A stretch of 23,833 bases of DNA from Narcine bancroftii (Eukaryota): NCBI RefSeq assembly GCF_036971445.1. It is one part of the record NC_091470.1 of this genome. One strand, written 5' to 3'. Position 1 is the first letter of the stretch, and each line of letters starts with the position of its first letter. The notes below the pieces were generated by a model, which ran no database searches, was not told the origin of the DNA, and was given only the letters and a program-made list of their open reading frames with translations. Both the position numbers and the translations under genes were made by a program. Shown here piece after piece: positions 9,727 to 20,090 of the stretch.

Positions 9727-10171
9727 TGTTATGGCCGCACTGCTCAGGAGAGTAGACAGTCGTGTGTCTGTGGAATACGAGGAGGGAGCAGCCCACCGAA
9801 GGCAAGGCTTTGGAGGTGGCACTGGAAGTCCAGCCCTGAGGACTGGGGAACAGAGCTGGGGCATGACAGGAGCCTGAACTCTTGGTATGTTTACCGTCAT
9901 CCACCACCCCCCCCCCCCCATCAATTCCACTGAGCAGCGCCCAAGGGCCGTGATGGGATGGTCCTGGGCAGCAAAAGCAATGGAAAGGTTTGTGGGATAG
10001 ATTTTGACTTGCCTTGCTGGCTCCCCATATGACTGGTTCATGAGGGGCTGGCTCAGGTTTATATTCAGGATGGCTGATTGATAGCTGGCATGGTGGAGTC
10101 AGCCCCTTAGGTGATCTTTCCGCAGGTACAGAGATCACACCCTGCAGAAGGCTGCTGGTCATATCACCACA
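9727..10171 (-). mobile_element. Probable solo LTR
   Basis: GC-rich block with TG...CA ends (tgttatgg...caccaca) and a minus-strand TATAAA near 10060. No clear target-site duplication or canonical poly(A) signal. Confidence 0.45.
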
Positions 10172-10179
10172 AGAAGAGA

Positions 10180-10322
10180 CTTATTTACTGATGCCTTTCA
10201 CCATCTCAGGAAACTGTATATACACACACATGCCCCACAGTGGTACACTGCAATTACTACAATGAGAAGAGCATATTCTTACATGGTGACAAAATAGTTC
10301 ACATTATTCCGACTATATAACA
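10180..10322 (-). mobile_element. Partial Gypsy LTR, inverted homologue of 11428-11560
   Basis: Reverse complement TGTTATATAGTCGGAATAATGTGAACTATTTTGT...ACAGTTTCCTGAGATGGTGAAAGGCATCAGTAA aligns to TGTGATTATAGTGAGGATAATATGAACTATTTTGT...ACAGTTTCCTGAGATGGTGGAAGGCATCAGTAA. Confidence 0.85.
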
Positions 10323-10377
10323 TAGAATATCTAACTATAAAAAAGCATCAACAGAAACACACCACTAAAAAAAAGAA

Positions 10378-11324
10378 ATGATTTCCACAGAAGTACCTGC
10401 CAGGCCATGCCACACAGTGGGGGCAGACTTGTTCACTGAGAATCAGGAGTGGTACTTAATAGTAGCCTGTTACTACTCTAGGTTTCCATTAGTCGAAAGT
10501 GTGAAACTGAGAGGATCAACTACCACCTCAGAAATGAGAGCGCTCCTTGCTGAACAAGGAATGCCTGAGCAAGTAATATGTGACAATGGAACACACTTCA
10601 CATCACAAGAATTCAGAAAGCTGGCTCAAAAGTATGGGTTTGTTATCACTAATTCATCCCCATACTACCCCAAAGGTCAAGGGTGCATTGAAAGACCAGT
10701 GGAAACTGTGAAATGCACACTAGTTAAATGTCACAAAACAAAAGAAGTCCCATACCTTGCTCTTCTATTATTATGAGCAACACCTTTAAGGGCTGACATG
10801 AATTCTCTGGTAGAACTAAATGGCAGGAAATAGAAAACAACTCTGCCAAGCAAAATACACCCTCCAAAAGACCAGGAGGAAACCAGAAGACTGGCTGACA
10901 CACAAGAAGAGCGCCAGCATTATAATAAACATGCACAAACGTTGCCAGAACTCTTCGGGGGCAGCATGTGCATATTCAAGAGCCGATGTTGAAAACGTGG
11001 ACCCAAGCAAAGGTCATCAGAGAAGCTGAGACACCAAGATCATACATTGTCGAGACAGGCTCTGGCAATCAGCTAAGGAGAAACAGAATTCACATCCGGC
11101 CGACACAAGATGTGATGAAGCAGAAAGCTTTAATACCAGCAAAGCCTACAACACCAATATCAAGTGAAGAGACCACAACCATTAATAACAAAACATCAAC
11201 ACAGCAGTTGTCAGGTGAAGCACAACAAGCCACATTACCTACACGTGGACCAGCAACACAGAGCCCAAATGTCACAGCCAAATCCACAAGATGGCGAAGC
11301 AACATATCGATAAGAACTATTTAA
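10378..11324 (+). pseudogene. pol: Ty3/Gypsy integrase remnant (K02A2.6/Mag-like), with stops and frameshifts
   Basis: ORF 10378-10776 has GADLF..CDNG-x-IER with exact D-35-E spacing and SSPYYPK. ORF 10968-11324 has W..AKV...PRSYIVET..G..LRRNRIHIR, a typical C-terminus. Confidence 0.92.
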
Positions 11325-11415
11325 AAATAGTTGTGTAAATAAACTAGTGTACAAGTTCAGTTACTTAAGTTGCACTGGAAAAAGTGATAAAGAAAACTAA
11401 ATTATTCTTTATCTT

Positions 11416-11629
11416 GAGAAGGAATGATGTGATTATAGTGAGGATAATATGAACTATTTTGTAACCGCATAAGAATACAGTAGTAACTGTGGGGTGTATG
11501 TATCTATATGTGAGTGTGTGAACAGTTTCCTGAGATGGTGGAAGGCATCAGTAAGTAAAAACCTATTATTTGAATCTTGCATCTCTAAGTTATTTAAGAA
11601 GCCTTCCAAGTAACTCAAGAGACAGAGCA
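11416..11629 (+). mobile_element. Polypurine tract and 3' LTR of the Gypsy element
   Basis: gagaaggaatga (11416-11427) directly precedes TGTGATTATAG at 11428. Probable CA end at about 11629. Confidence 0.75.
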
Positions 11630-11632
11630 GTG

Positions 11633-11820
11633 GGAAGCAAGATTAGTGTAGTGGTTAGCACAATGTTAAACAATGCCAGTAACTCAGGTTCAAACCCGAC
11701 ACTTTTTAAGGAGTTTGTAGTTCTCTCCCATATCTATAGGCGTTTCCTCTAGGAACTTTGGTTTCCCCTCATGTTCAAAAGGCACTGTGCCTTTTGGGGA
11801 AGCACAGGCTTGAAGGCCAT
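11633..11820 (+). mobile_element. tRNA-derived SINE (HE1/V-SINE-like)
   Basis: A box tagtgtagtgg, B box ggttcaaaccc, and core ggagtttgta.ttctc..ggtttcc. Confidence 0.8.
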
Positions 11821-12074
11821 AAAAGCAATACTCCAAACTTTAAAAAACCCACTCTCTTTTGACTCATCTCATGGCCCTCCAAATTACCAAGGAAACTCAC
11901 ATGGTCCTCATCTATCCCTGTCTTTGCATTGTCTATGTGGAATGGTCCCTGGAACAAACCTTGCATGATGCCACTCCTGAACTTTTTCCCCCTCTATATC
12001 AATTTCTGCATTGGGGTTTCTTCCTAAACCTGTGTGGAATGTTCATTGAAAGCACCTTTGTTGATAAGAAAAAA

Positions 12075-12430
12075 CAGTGCTGGAGAAACTCAGCAGGTCA
12101 AACAGTATCTTTTATATAGCAAAGTTAAAGATACATAAGCGACATTTCAGGCTTCAGCCCTTCACCAGACCTTGATGAAGGGCTCAAGTGTGAAATGTTG
12201 GTTATGTATTTTTGCCTCTGCTATATCCACCTCAGGAGACAAGTTATCAAGTGAAATTTCCTTTAAACTCACAAACTCCTTCAGCCACCTAGACTGCAAT
12301 TCTTTTCACCATGCCTTTGTTCAGTTGCAATCCCTTTCTCCCAGTTTCTCTGTCTCTTCCACATCTGATCTCAAGATGAGTTCTTCTATCCCAGCACATT
12401 TGAAAATCTTCCTTCATTTCTCCCAGCCTC
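12075..12430 (+). mobile_element. Penelope-like remnant: palindromic terminal repeat pair followed by an RT thumb fragment
   Basis: About 55 bp inverted arms (12114-12168 and 12172-12226), then SGDKLSSEISFKLTNSFSHLD and, frameshifted, AIPFSQFL..I*SQDE, which resemble Penelope TDIFYKPTDSHSYL..IPFSQFLRLRRICS. Confidence 0.85.
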
Positions 12431-12799
12431 AATGCAATGTGTGGGCAGGTGAAGGCACTTAATTACCAAAGATTATTATGTTATTGGCTTGTGAATGATT
12501 TATATATGGTGTTAAAAAAACTAAGTTTGTTAATGTTATAATTATCTTAATTAATTGTCAGGTGTTAACTATTTGGTTGATGTGCTACCTTGCCACTCCA
12601 TGTCTAACTGAGTTCAGAAAAGTTCCAAGGTAAGAGCATTAAAAAAAAACAATATGTTATTCTGGTGTCAAGAGTTGATAGTCTATTCCTGGAGTGGTCT
12701 GGTGAACTTTCTCTCTCTCCCACTGTGGTCAATGTCTGTCAAGCTGCCTGTCTCCCCTCTAGCGAGCCTTGCTGTATGCCGAATGGAAGAAAATACATT

Positions 12800-12975
12800 A
12801 AAACTGACTGAAGGATGAATATCTCCAGACTATAGTAAGATGTAGCATTTAATCTGCCTGTTGTGATGGGAGTTGAATTGCACTGGATCAAGATCTCTGA
12901 GGGGCTGGGTTTAAAGTAGGCCGTGACTAACCTTTCAAAATATTTCATGATGATGGGTGTCAGGGTCACATGGTC
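12800..12975 (-). mobile_element. Rex1/Babar RT fragment
   Basis: VTLTPIIMKYFERLV in ORF 12739-12993 matches the RPVALTPIIMKCFERLV motif. Confidence 0.8.
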
Positions 12976-14184
12976 ACAAGGTAGCACTAGCATAATGGGG
13001 GGCTTTTTAAACAGGAGGAAATTTTAACTTGTATGAGTTGACTTGCTGGGTAGCAAGTTTGTTAGTCATTCAGTTTTGTTACATTTTGCTTCAGTTTGAT
13101 AGAGGGCTGACTGCAGTTTTAAAGATGGATGACCTTGACACTCCACATCTAAATGAGTTTAGAAAAATTCCACAGTATGAGAATCAATGCATTTATCGAT
13201 AAAGCTTTTCCATTGCATCTTGGTACACGCGACAATGGACAAGAATTCATTTCAACATGTGTAAAAGAGTTGAAAGCCAAGATGGCAGAAATGGAACAAA
13301 TTGGGTCAATTAGGTATCTTGGAAAAAATGACACATTGGGAGCTGCATTTGTCATTTACCTTGAATGAATGGGCATATTCTTTAAAGCCAATAATGTGGT
13401 AAGAGTTTCAGGCAAAAATGGAAAAGGAAAAAAAATGCAGTGCTACATACTATTAGTGAAAGTGGGATTGGGGAAATTAAATGACACACATTAATTTCTT
13501 GGGACTGCTGTGCAAATTTCTTCTGTTTTGGCATGATATTTAAAACAAATTGAGTCTCACTTACAACCATTGCCATCTGAAATATTTAAAAGCTACCAAA
13601 TTAATACATATAATCTGATGCCAGTGGAGGAAATTGGCAAACACACTGCAAATTTGAAAGACCCACTGAGACCTAATTGTGCAACATTCTGGCAACTGCC
13701 AGGAAATGACAATTTACTTTTGGATCAGCTGATGAATGAATTAAGACCAACATCATTAATGTTCTGTAATTTACCCATGAAATAGTAAATAGAATTGTTA
13801 CATAAATTGAAAGAGCACTTAAAATTTTGGTCTGATGAGGACAAAACTGAAAGCTTTGTACAAGGAACAAAGATAGTAATGACCGAATCAATTTTGCTAT
13901 TTTTCTGGGCCCTGATCATATGAAAACCAAGGACTAGCTCTATGGAAAACCAACAAGTCACCTCGGCACAAAAGGCAGGAAACTTGATTGCAAAAGTGGC
14001 AGGTCCTTTCAATAATGTCAGGGAAATCTGAGCAGATCGCTGGTTTATTTTACAAAGTAGGATGCCCTGTACAAGTTGACAAAAGCCAGAAAATATCTCC
14101 AATGTTGAAAGATGTAATTCACAAGCTGGTAAAGAATCAAACATAGAGGGCAATCGTGGAGGCGTGTCTCTAATGCAAGAGTCT

Positions 14185-14365
14185 GGTGGCGTGATAGCAC
14201 CACAAGTAGAACCACTATCTCACAGCATCATAGATCTGGGGTCAATTCTGACCTCAAGTTCTGATCTGTGTGGAGTTTGCAAGTTTCTAGTTAATTAGTC
14301 ACTGTAAATCAGACTAAGTATGTAGGTGACTGCTAAATGCTTGGTGGAGTTGATGAAAATCTAAA
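14185..14365 (+). mobile_element. Degraded tRNA-derived SINE
   Basis: ctcacagc...ggggtcaattctgacc B-box-like sequence, tctgtgtggagtttgca core, and ttaattagtcactgtaaat. Confidence 0.65.
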
Positions 14366-14523
14366 AGAGATTTGTGTGCATTGGTGTAAATGAGCAGTGG
14401 AGGCAATGAAAACCAATGCAAAGATGGTGTGGAAACTATTGCAGAAGGTAAAGTACAAATAGCAGTGAGGACTGCACTGAGGAAAGAGTTATGCAAACTT
14501 TGAAAATAGTCAAGTTGGATGAT

Positions 14524-15210
14524 CAAGTTAAATTTATTGTCATCTGATTGCACAAGTACAACCAGATGAAACAGCTTCCACCACTCACTCCTTGGTGCAA
14601 ACATGCAGACCCATAGCACACATACAGACAAGAAATACAGATACAGGACAAGTATTTCATCTTTACAAATAAACATTGTTTCATGAGTATGAGAGTCTCG
14701 GATGGTTAGTGTGAGCAGTTCCTTTGGTCATTCAGTGTTCTCACTGCCCATGGGAAGAATCTGTTCCTCAGCCTGATGTTGCTGGCTGATGTTAACTGGA
14801 GAAGTAAATATTGTTGTAAGAAAATATTGGGATGATTTGGTCACTTTTCAGTACTCCTGTATCTCCAATGGGAGCAGCTGAATAATACTGTGAATGGGGT
14901 GGAAAGGGCCATCGATGATTTTGGGTGTTCAGGCAATGATCCTGGCAGATCTTGTCAATAGGGGAGATTCTAGTGATCTTCTCTGCTGGTCCTGTGGATT
15001 GACCTCCGATCCATTTCTCAGCAGCAACTGTATCTCACGATGATGCAGCTGGTCAGGACACTCCCGAGAGAGCTCCTATAGAAGGTTAACATAATGGTGA
15101 CCAGTGGCTTTGCCCGCTTTATTCTTCTCAGGGAGTGCAGTCGCTGTTGCGCCTTCCTGACGAGATGTTTTGTGTCCACGATAGGTCACTATTTAAGTGA
15201 ATGCCAAGGA
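14524..15210 (-). mobile_element. Rex1/Babar LINE, 5'-truncated, interrupted at 14791-14853
   Basis: Minus translation LGIHLNSDLSWTQNI / VRKAQQRLHSLRRI / LTFYRS, and a 3' tail ending aataaatttaacttg. Confidence 0.88.
14793..14853 (+). repeat. 61 bp perfect direct repeat, copy 1 (copy 2 at 15754-15814)
   Basis: taactggagaagtaaatattgttgtaagaaaatattgggatgatttggtcacttttcagta is identical at both sites, offset 961 bp. Confidence 0.95.
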
Positions 15211-15427
15211 CAAGTGAATTACATGGATTAAATAAATACATCTTAAGTGATAATTATCCAAAAACGAGTGTGATTTCCTAAGGTTCATTGGAATTCAGGT
15301 GAAGGAAAAAGTTCAATGGTTTACAGAAATCAGTGCGATCCTTCTCCAAAAACAAACGACTTGGTTGTGGTTTCCCCAAAGTGAAATGGGTGGAAAGTCT
15401 GTATATATTTTGAAACTCAATACTTAA

Positions 15428-15742
15428 ATTTCAAGTTCAGATTCATTATCAGAGTACATACATGACATGACGAATAACCCTAAGATTCTTTTTCTGGGTG
15501 GCAGGCAGAATTTTTAATTACTGATAACTTTAAACTGTACTTAAAGGAAGAAAGAACTGTAACAAATGGTGCAAATACAGAAACATAAATGAGTAATAAA
15601 TAATGAGCAAAGTACGAGTCTCTGAATAAATCTGTTTTTCAAGAATCTGAGAGTTGTGGGGCAGTAACTATTCCTGAACCTGGAGATCTGAGATCTGTCG
15701 AACCCATACCTCCTTACTTATGGTGGCAGTGTGAACCAAGCA
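15428..15742 (-). mobile_element. Second Rex1/Babar LINE 3' fragment
   Basis: Tail homologous to 6803-6995. Coding end ttcctgaacctgg...atacctcc..atggtggcag resembles the LLPSG.RY...TRFRNS motif. Confidence 0.75.
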
Positions 15743-15839
15743 AAAGTTGAAGGTAACTGGAGAAGTAAATATTGTTGTAAGAAAATATTGGGATGATTTG
15801 GTCACTTTTCAGTATCTGGGCACAACTGTGAAGCTCAGA

Positions 15840-16190
15840 AGAATTGCCAACTCATTTCCCTGGAGATGCTGGTGGGGAGCAGCTGCAATTCTTCGAGTGA
15901 GACAATGCAATTAGATCATGAATTCCAGGATCTGGACTCTGTGACGACCAAGCAATGTCAATGTGGTGCTTGACTTGCGAGGAGAACCTGTAAATCCATG
16001 CGGCTGAATCCTTTGTCCTTTTTAATGCTGAAATTTGTGGGTTTGGAAGGGAGTGTCTGAGTAGCCTATTACTGTAACTGCAGTGCATTTTGTAGATTGG
16101 ACATGCCCTACTCTGCACTAGTGATGGAAATAATGACATTGGGTGGGTTAGCAATCAATCAGACCATATTATGTTGGATTGTAGCATGCG
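15840..16190 (-). mobile_element. Old CR1/L2-superfamily LINE 3' coding fragment
   Basis: IYKMHCSYSNRLLRHSLPNP in ORF 15852-16154 resembles a LINE C-terminal motif I recall from shark repeats (IYKMHCSNSPRLLRQHLPNP). Confidence 0.65.
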
Positions 16191-16392
16191 TGCTCTACCA
16201 AGTGCGACACACACATACACACACTCTGACGACAGGAGTGATGTCATCGCAGTGCCGGCCTCCGACTAGCTGGTGTTCCTGCTGTTTCCTGCCGTGCAGG
16301 AGGTCACAAGGGACGATGGCCTTTGGTCCCTACGGGGCCCTTGTTTGCCAATTTTGTGAGCTGAGTCACGACTTGGTTCGCAGGCCACTGCA
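16190..16392 (-). mobile_element. Possible partial LTR (CpG-retaining block)
   Basis: GC/CpG-rich block beginning TGCAGTGGCC on the minus strand, with AP-1 (16362-16368) and CRE-like motifs. The other end is not defined. Confidence 0.35.
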
Positions 16393-17100
16393 GGATGCTG
16401 TTTTGTTACTTTTATCTTCTTGTGTCCATCATAATCCTGATTTGCTTTTTAAATAGTAGAAAAACACTGGAATGTGAGAAGGTGAGTCACTCACTGTAAA
16501 TCACTGAGTCTTTGGCTGACACAACTTCATACTGAAGTGACCCAAATGCAAGAATTTAAATGAGTTGACAAGAGACGATATATTTGGATGACCAGCTTGT
16601 AATCATGAATTAAGGAATGATCTTCAACCATTTGATAATTTGCATTATTTATCTGATATTTTGGAATCCTATGTAATGGAGAAATTGATATGGAGGTCTG
16701 CACTGTTTGAAAAGTCAACAGTAGGGGTTGCAACTCACTTGGGGCTTGGCTAAATCAGTCTAAAGGAGATTTGCTTGTGATTGTACGAGTTAAAGCAAAA
16801 TCACATTAAATATCCAATTTCAAATGAAGTGTTTTCCTCAAAACATGCTAGGTTACTGAATAGACAGTTGTCTTTCACAAAGTTTTTGGTGATCATGAAA
16901 TGCTTCAAAAGGTCAACCAGCTAAAAGTAGATTTGGGTAAATGATGAAGAAATGCTCAGTACTATGACAGCAGTGTTGGGTCAAGTAGAGCAGCTAAATG
17001 TCAACGAGATAGATGCTGGAATATCATTGATGGTGTTCCTCAGGTCAATGCATGATTAATGTGTGTGAGAAGGAATTTATTTGAAGTTGTCGTCCAATTA

Positions 17101-17308
17101 AAAATTTAGACATAAAGCATGGTAACAGGCCCTTCTTGTCCATGCCACCCAATTACACCCAATTGACCGCCAACTCTGGTATGATTTGAAAGGTGGGAGG
17201 TCACCAGAGTATCCAGAGCAAACCCACACAAACACAGGGAGAAGCTAGCCTCCCATGGTGGGACTTGAACTCTGGTTGCTGGTACTGTTGTAGTGTTACG
17301 CTAACCAT
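17101..17308 (-). mobile_element. tRNA-derived SINE (HE1/V-SINE-like)
   Basis: Reverse complement has tggttagcgtaacac head, gagttcaagtcc B box, and a tail gggcctgttaccatgct like that of the 5438-5640 copy. Confidence 0.8.
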
Positions 17309-17954
17309 GAAAGTAATACACTTTTTTGTAATTTTCATTTCCATTACAATAACTGATCTAATGCAATCCTTTTAGATTATTCATTTATTTTGAGTATTGT
17401 TTATTGTGTGCCCAACAATTGCAACCAAAAAGTAAAATATTTCAGATGCCAGAAATTTGAAGTCCACCACCTGCAGTGGAAAGATGCAAGACAGAAATGT
17501 TCTGGATTTGCATCCTGCAGTTATGTCTTCCTTCAACAATGGCCTTTTGAACAATGTTACTTTGAGTAGTCGAGCCATAAAGTATCCTGAGAAAATTTAG
17601 TTTTGACTTGCAGATGTCATGCTACAAGGTAGTGAAACTTGGCGTGTGTCAATTTCTCTCCCTCATATTTTACCAAACATAAAATTGAAGGAATCCTGCC
17701 CATTTTATGCAGATTTTATTTATTTTTGATACTGAGCTGTGATTGTATAACCTTGTGATGGCACATCAAATCAATCAGAAACTCAGCTTGGGAGATGACA
17801 TCGGTGGAGACAGTTAGATAAACCTCTGAGTAGAATTTTGAGTTTATGGTGTTGGATTTATCTTGAAGTTCATCATTTTGTTAGAGGAGTGATTTTGGTG
17901 GTGTGGGTGAAGCTCTGAGTTAAATTTCAAGAGTTTGGTGTTGGATTAATCTTA

Positions 17955-18135
17955 TTTTTGGTGAGAATTAAACATTAATGTTTAAACAGTCTTCCCTTGT
18001 TGTTTAAATGCTGTTACAAGTGATTTGCTGTTGCTACTGGGCTGCTTTTTAAAAACAAAAGACCAGTTATCCAAAAATTCTGTTTATCTGAAATAGGCCT
18101 GGTCCTAACTATTTTCGATAATCACAGTTGGACCG
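17955..18135 (+). mobile_element. Right part of the Tigger-like non-autonomous element family seen at 7147
   Basis: Shared 32 bp block at 18013-18044, ttatccaaaa/ttatctgaaa subterminal motifs, and a decayed right TIR. Confidence 0.55.
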
Positions 18136-18544
18136 CAGCTTCAATGAGTGGGATGGAGAAGTTAATTGACTTGGAGTGCTAGAACCTATCACATAATTCT
18201 CTCCAGACAAAATTGTTTTTCCCTGACAATTGTAGAATGTGCCTGCTCTTTCACATCAGGAGAGGAAAACCATTTGAAAATGTTGTCAGGAAGGAGGGGT
18301 GAATGCCCCAAAATCTGAGATGGTAGCCAAAGACCTACTGAATTTTTGAGAATTAGCCTTGTTTTTTCAGGAAAAGGCCCATAAACAGGAAGGGTGTGCT
18401 CAGACATTGTGATTTGGACTAGTGATAGTTGAGGCACTTGTACTGAACAAAAAAGAAGTCATGTTGTCAAGGGAAGCTTGATGGAAGGGAGAGGAGCATA
18501 AATCCTCATGGAGAGTTTGGGGAGCACTCCTGCTCCTTCTAACC

Positions 18545-18893
18545 CAGTGGTTCTCAGCCTTTTCCACCCACATACCACTTTAAGTAATCCCTATGCCATA
18601 GGTGCACTGTGATGAGTAAGGGATTGCTTAAGGTGGTATTTGGGTGGGAAGAAAAGTTTGAAAACCACTTTTAATCCTATTGAATTGGCTTGTTATGTGC
18701 ACGGTTTCATAACTCCAAAGGAAATGGGCCAATGACAATTTTTCTCAAACAAAATATCTCAGTAGCAATTGGGTCCAGAGCAGTGATCCTCAACCTTCCC
18801 ATTCACTTATCACCTTGAGCAATCCCTTACTAAACACTGAGCACTGATGGCATGGGGATATGTGAGTGGAAGGAAAAAAGTTGAGAATCACTG
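18545..18893 (+). mobile_element. Compound hAT (Charlie-type) MITE: mini-MITE, spacer, mini-MITE
   Basis: Outer TIRs cagtggttctcagc / gttgagaatcactg. Inner TIR-like ends at 18669 (gaaaaccact) and 18781 (cagtgatcctcaacc). Each half is self-complementary. Confidence 0.85.
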
Positions 18894-19939
18894 GTCAGGT
18901 CAATAGGGAGGAGTTAACCTGTGGAGTCAGCATTGCCAGGTATTCCAACACTTGGAAAACCTGCAGCCAGTACTGAAGTTTAAACTGATTGAAAGATGTC
19001 TCAAACTCTAATATCAACTAATGTAGATAAAAGAAAGTAAAGCTTTGTGGAAATCCTGTTCAAGTCTTGGTGCATCCAACCAGGTCAAAGAAATACCTAC
19101 CAACAACCCTGATACATTTCCAAGATGTTTTATCGTGTTCCCACCTCATTGGGGGAATCTCCCAATGGCTGCAGCTAGAGTAGGGGGAATTTTGCTGATG
19201 GTCTTGGAGGATGATTTCCAGTGACCGTGAGTTCCTCTGTTTTGTGGAAAGCACAGACGAACAGAGTAAACCTGCTCGTGACATCATAATATTGGTAGAC
19301 TCAGTTCTTAAGTGCAAATTTGAGTCATTCAGGACTACTGATTTTGATCCTTTTGCACAGTGCATTGGAGGACTGCCTGGCTGCCCGGGAAACAGTAGTA
19401 GCAATGACAGAGTGCCAGCAAGGAGAACATCCTGAGAGTGGACATTATTTCATACACGTTCTCTACTCAGCATCTGAGATGTTGTCTTTTTTTTTTTGAC
19501 CGATCAAGTGCCAAAAGCCCTCTTTTCAGCACATTTCACAGTCACCACAGTCCTTGGCCATCAGAAATGGTAGGGTTTTTGTGAGTGGAGCAGACAAGTA
19601 TCTGCAATTTGCAAACCTGAAGTAAGTTGGGGGGGTGGGGGGGGGGATTCAAATTGAGTGAAATGTGAGGATGTTGGTTAGCCCTGACAACACTCACAGA
19701 TTCTGGAGAAAGCACTTTGGCCTGATTTGGAAGGATACGGACCATACAAGTCCTGCTAATTTCTGACTGTTACACTGAACTGACATTTTACCAGCAAGAA
19801 TGTGGAAATCTGTTGCACACAATTTTTGTGAGTGATCCATCTGCTAGCAGTGTGTTCAGACTGTTGTTGATAGCTTTGATCTTGCACTATACAAGATTGG
19901 GTTTCCAATCCTACTAATATTTCCTTGTGTTTAGAAAGC

Positions 19940-20090
19940 TATTAGCACAGGGTAGTTGATTAGCAGTTTGGGAGACTGCTGCCTCAGTTCAATACTAACC
20001 TTTGGTGTTCATTTTGCACGTTCTTGTGACTTATGTGTGGAAGATACTTGACCTCCCTGCCTGCCTGCAAGATGTAGATTGTGGGTGATC
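19940..20090 (+). mobile_element. Highly degraded SINE
   Basis: actgctgcctca, gttcaatact and tttgcacgttct motifs in SINE order. Confidence 0.4.

Noticed and set aside
9619-10162. Overlapping 104-159 aa ORFs
   Set aside because: They lie in a GC-rich LTR-like block, are open on both strands, and show no recognisable domain.
10378-10776. Intact or domesticated integrase gene
   Set aside because: The DDE triad is present, but the zinc-binding N-terminus is lost and the frame ends at a premature TGA followed by further stops and frameshifts.
13153-14153. ORFs of 64-142 aa as host exons
   Set aside because: No recognisable homology or convincing paired splice sites; lengths are within chance range.
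17446-17630. Possible exon after atatttcag with two moderately long open frames
   Set aside because: Weak polypyrimidine tract, stops before the nearest donor, and unrecognised peptides.
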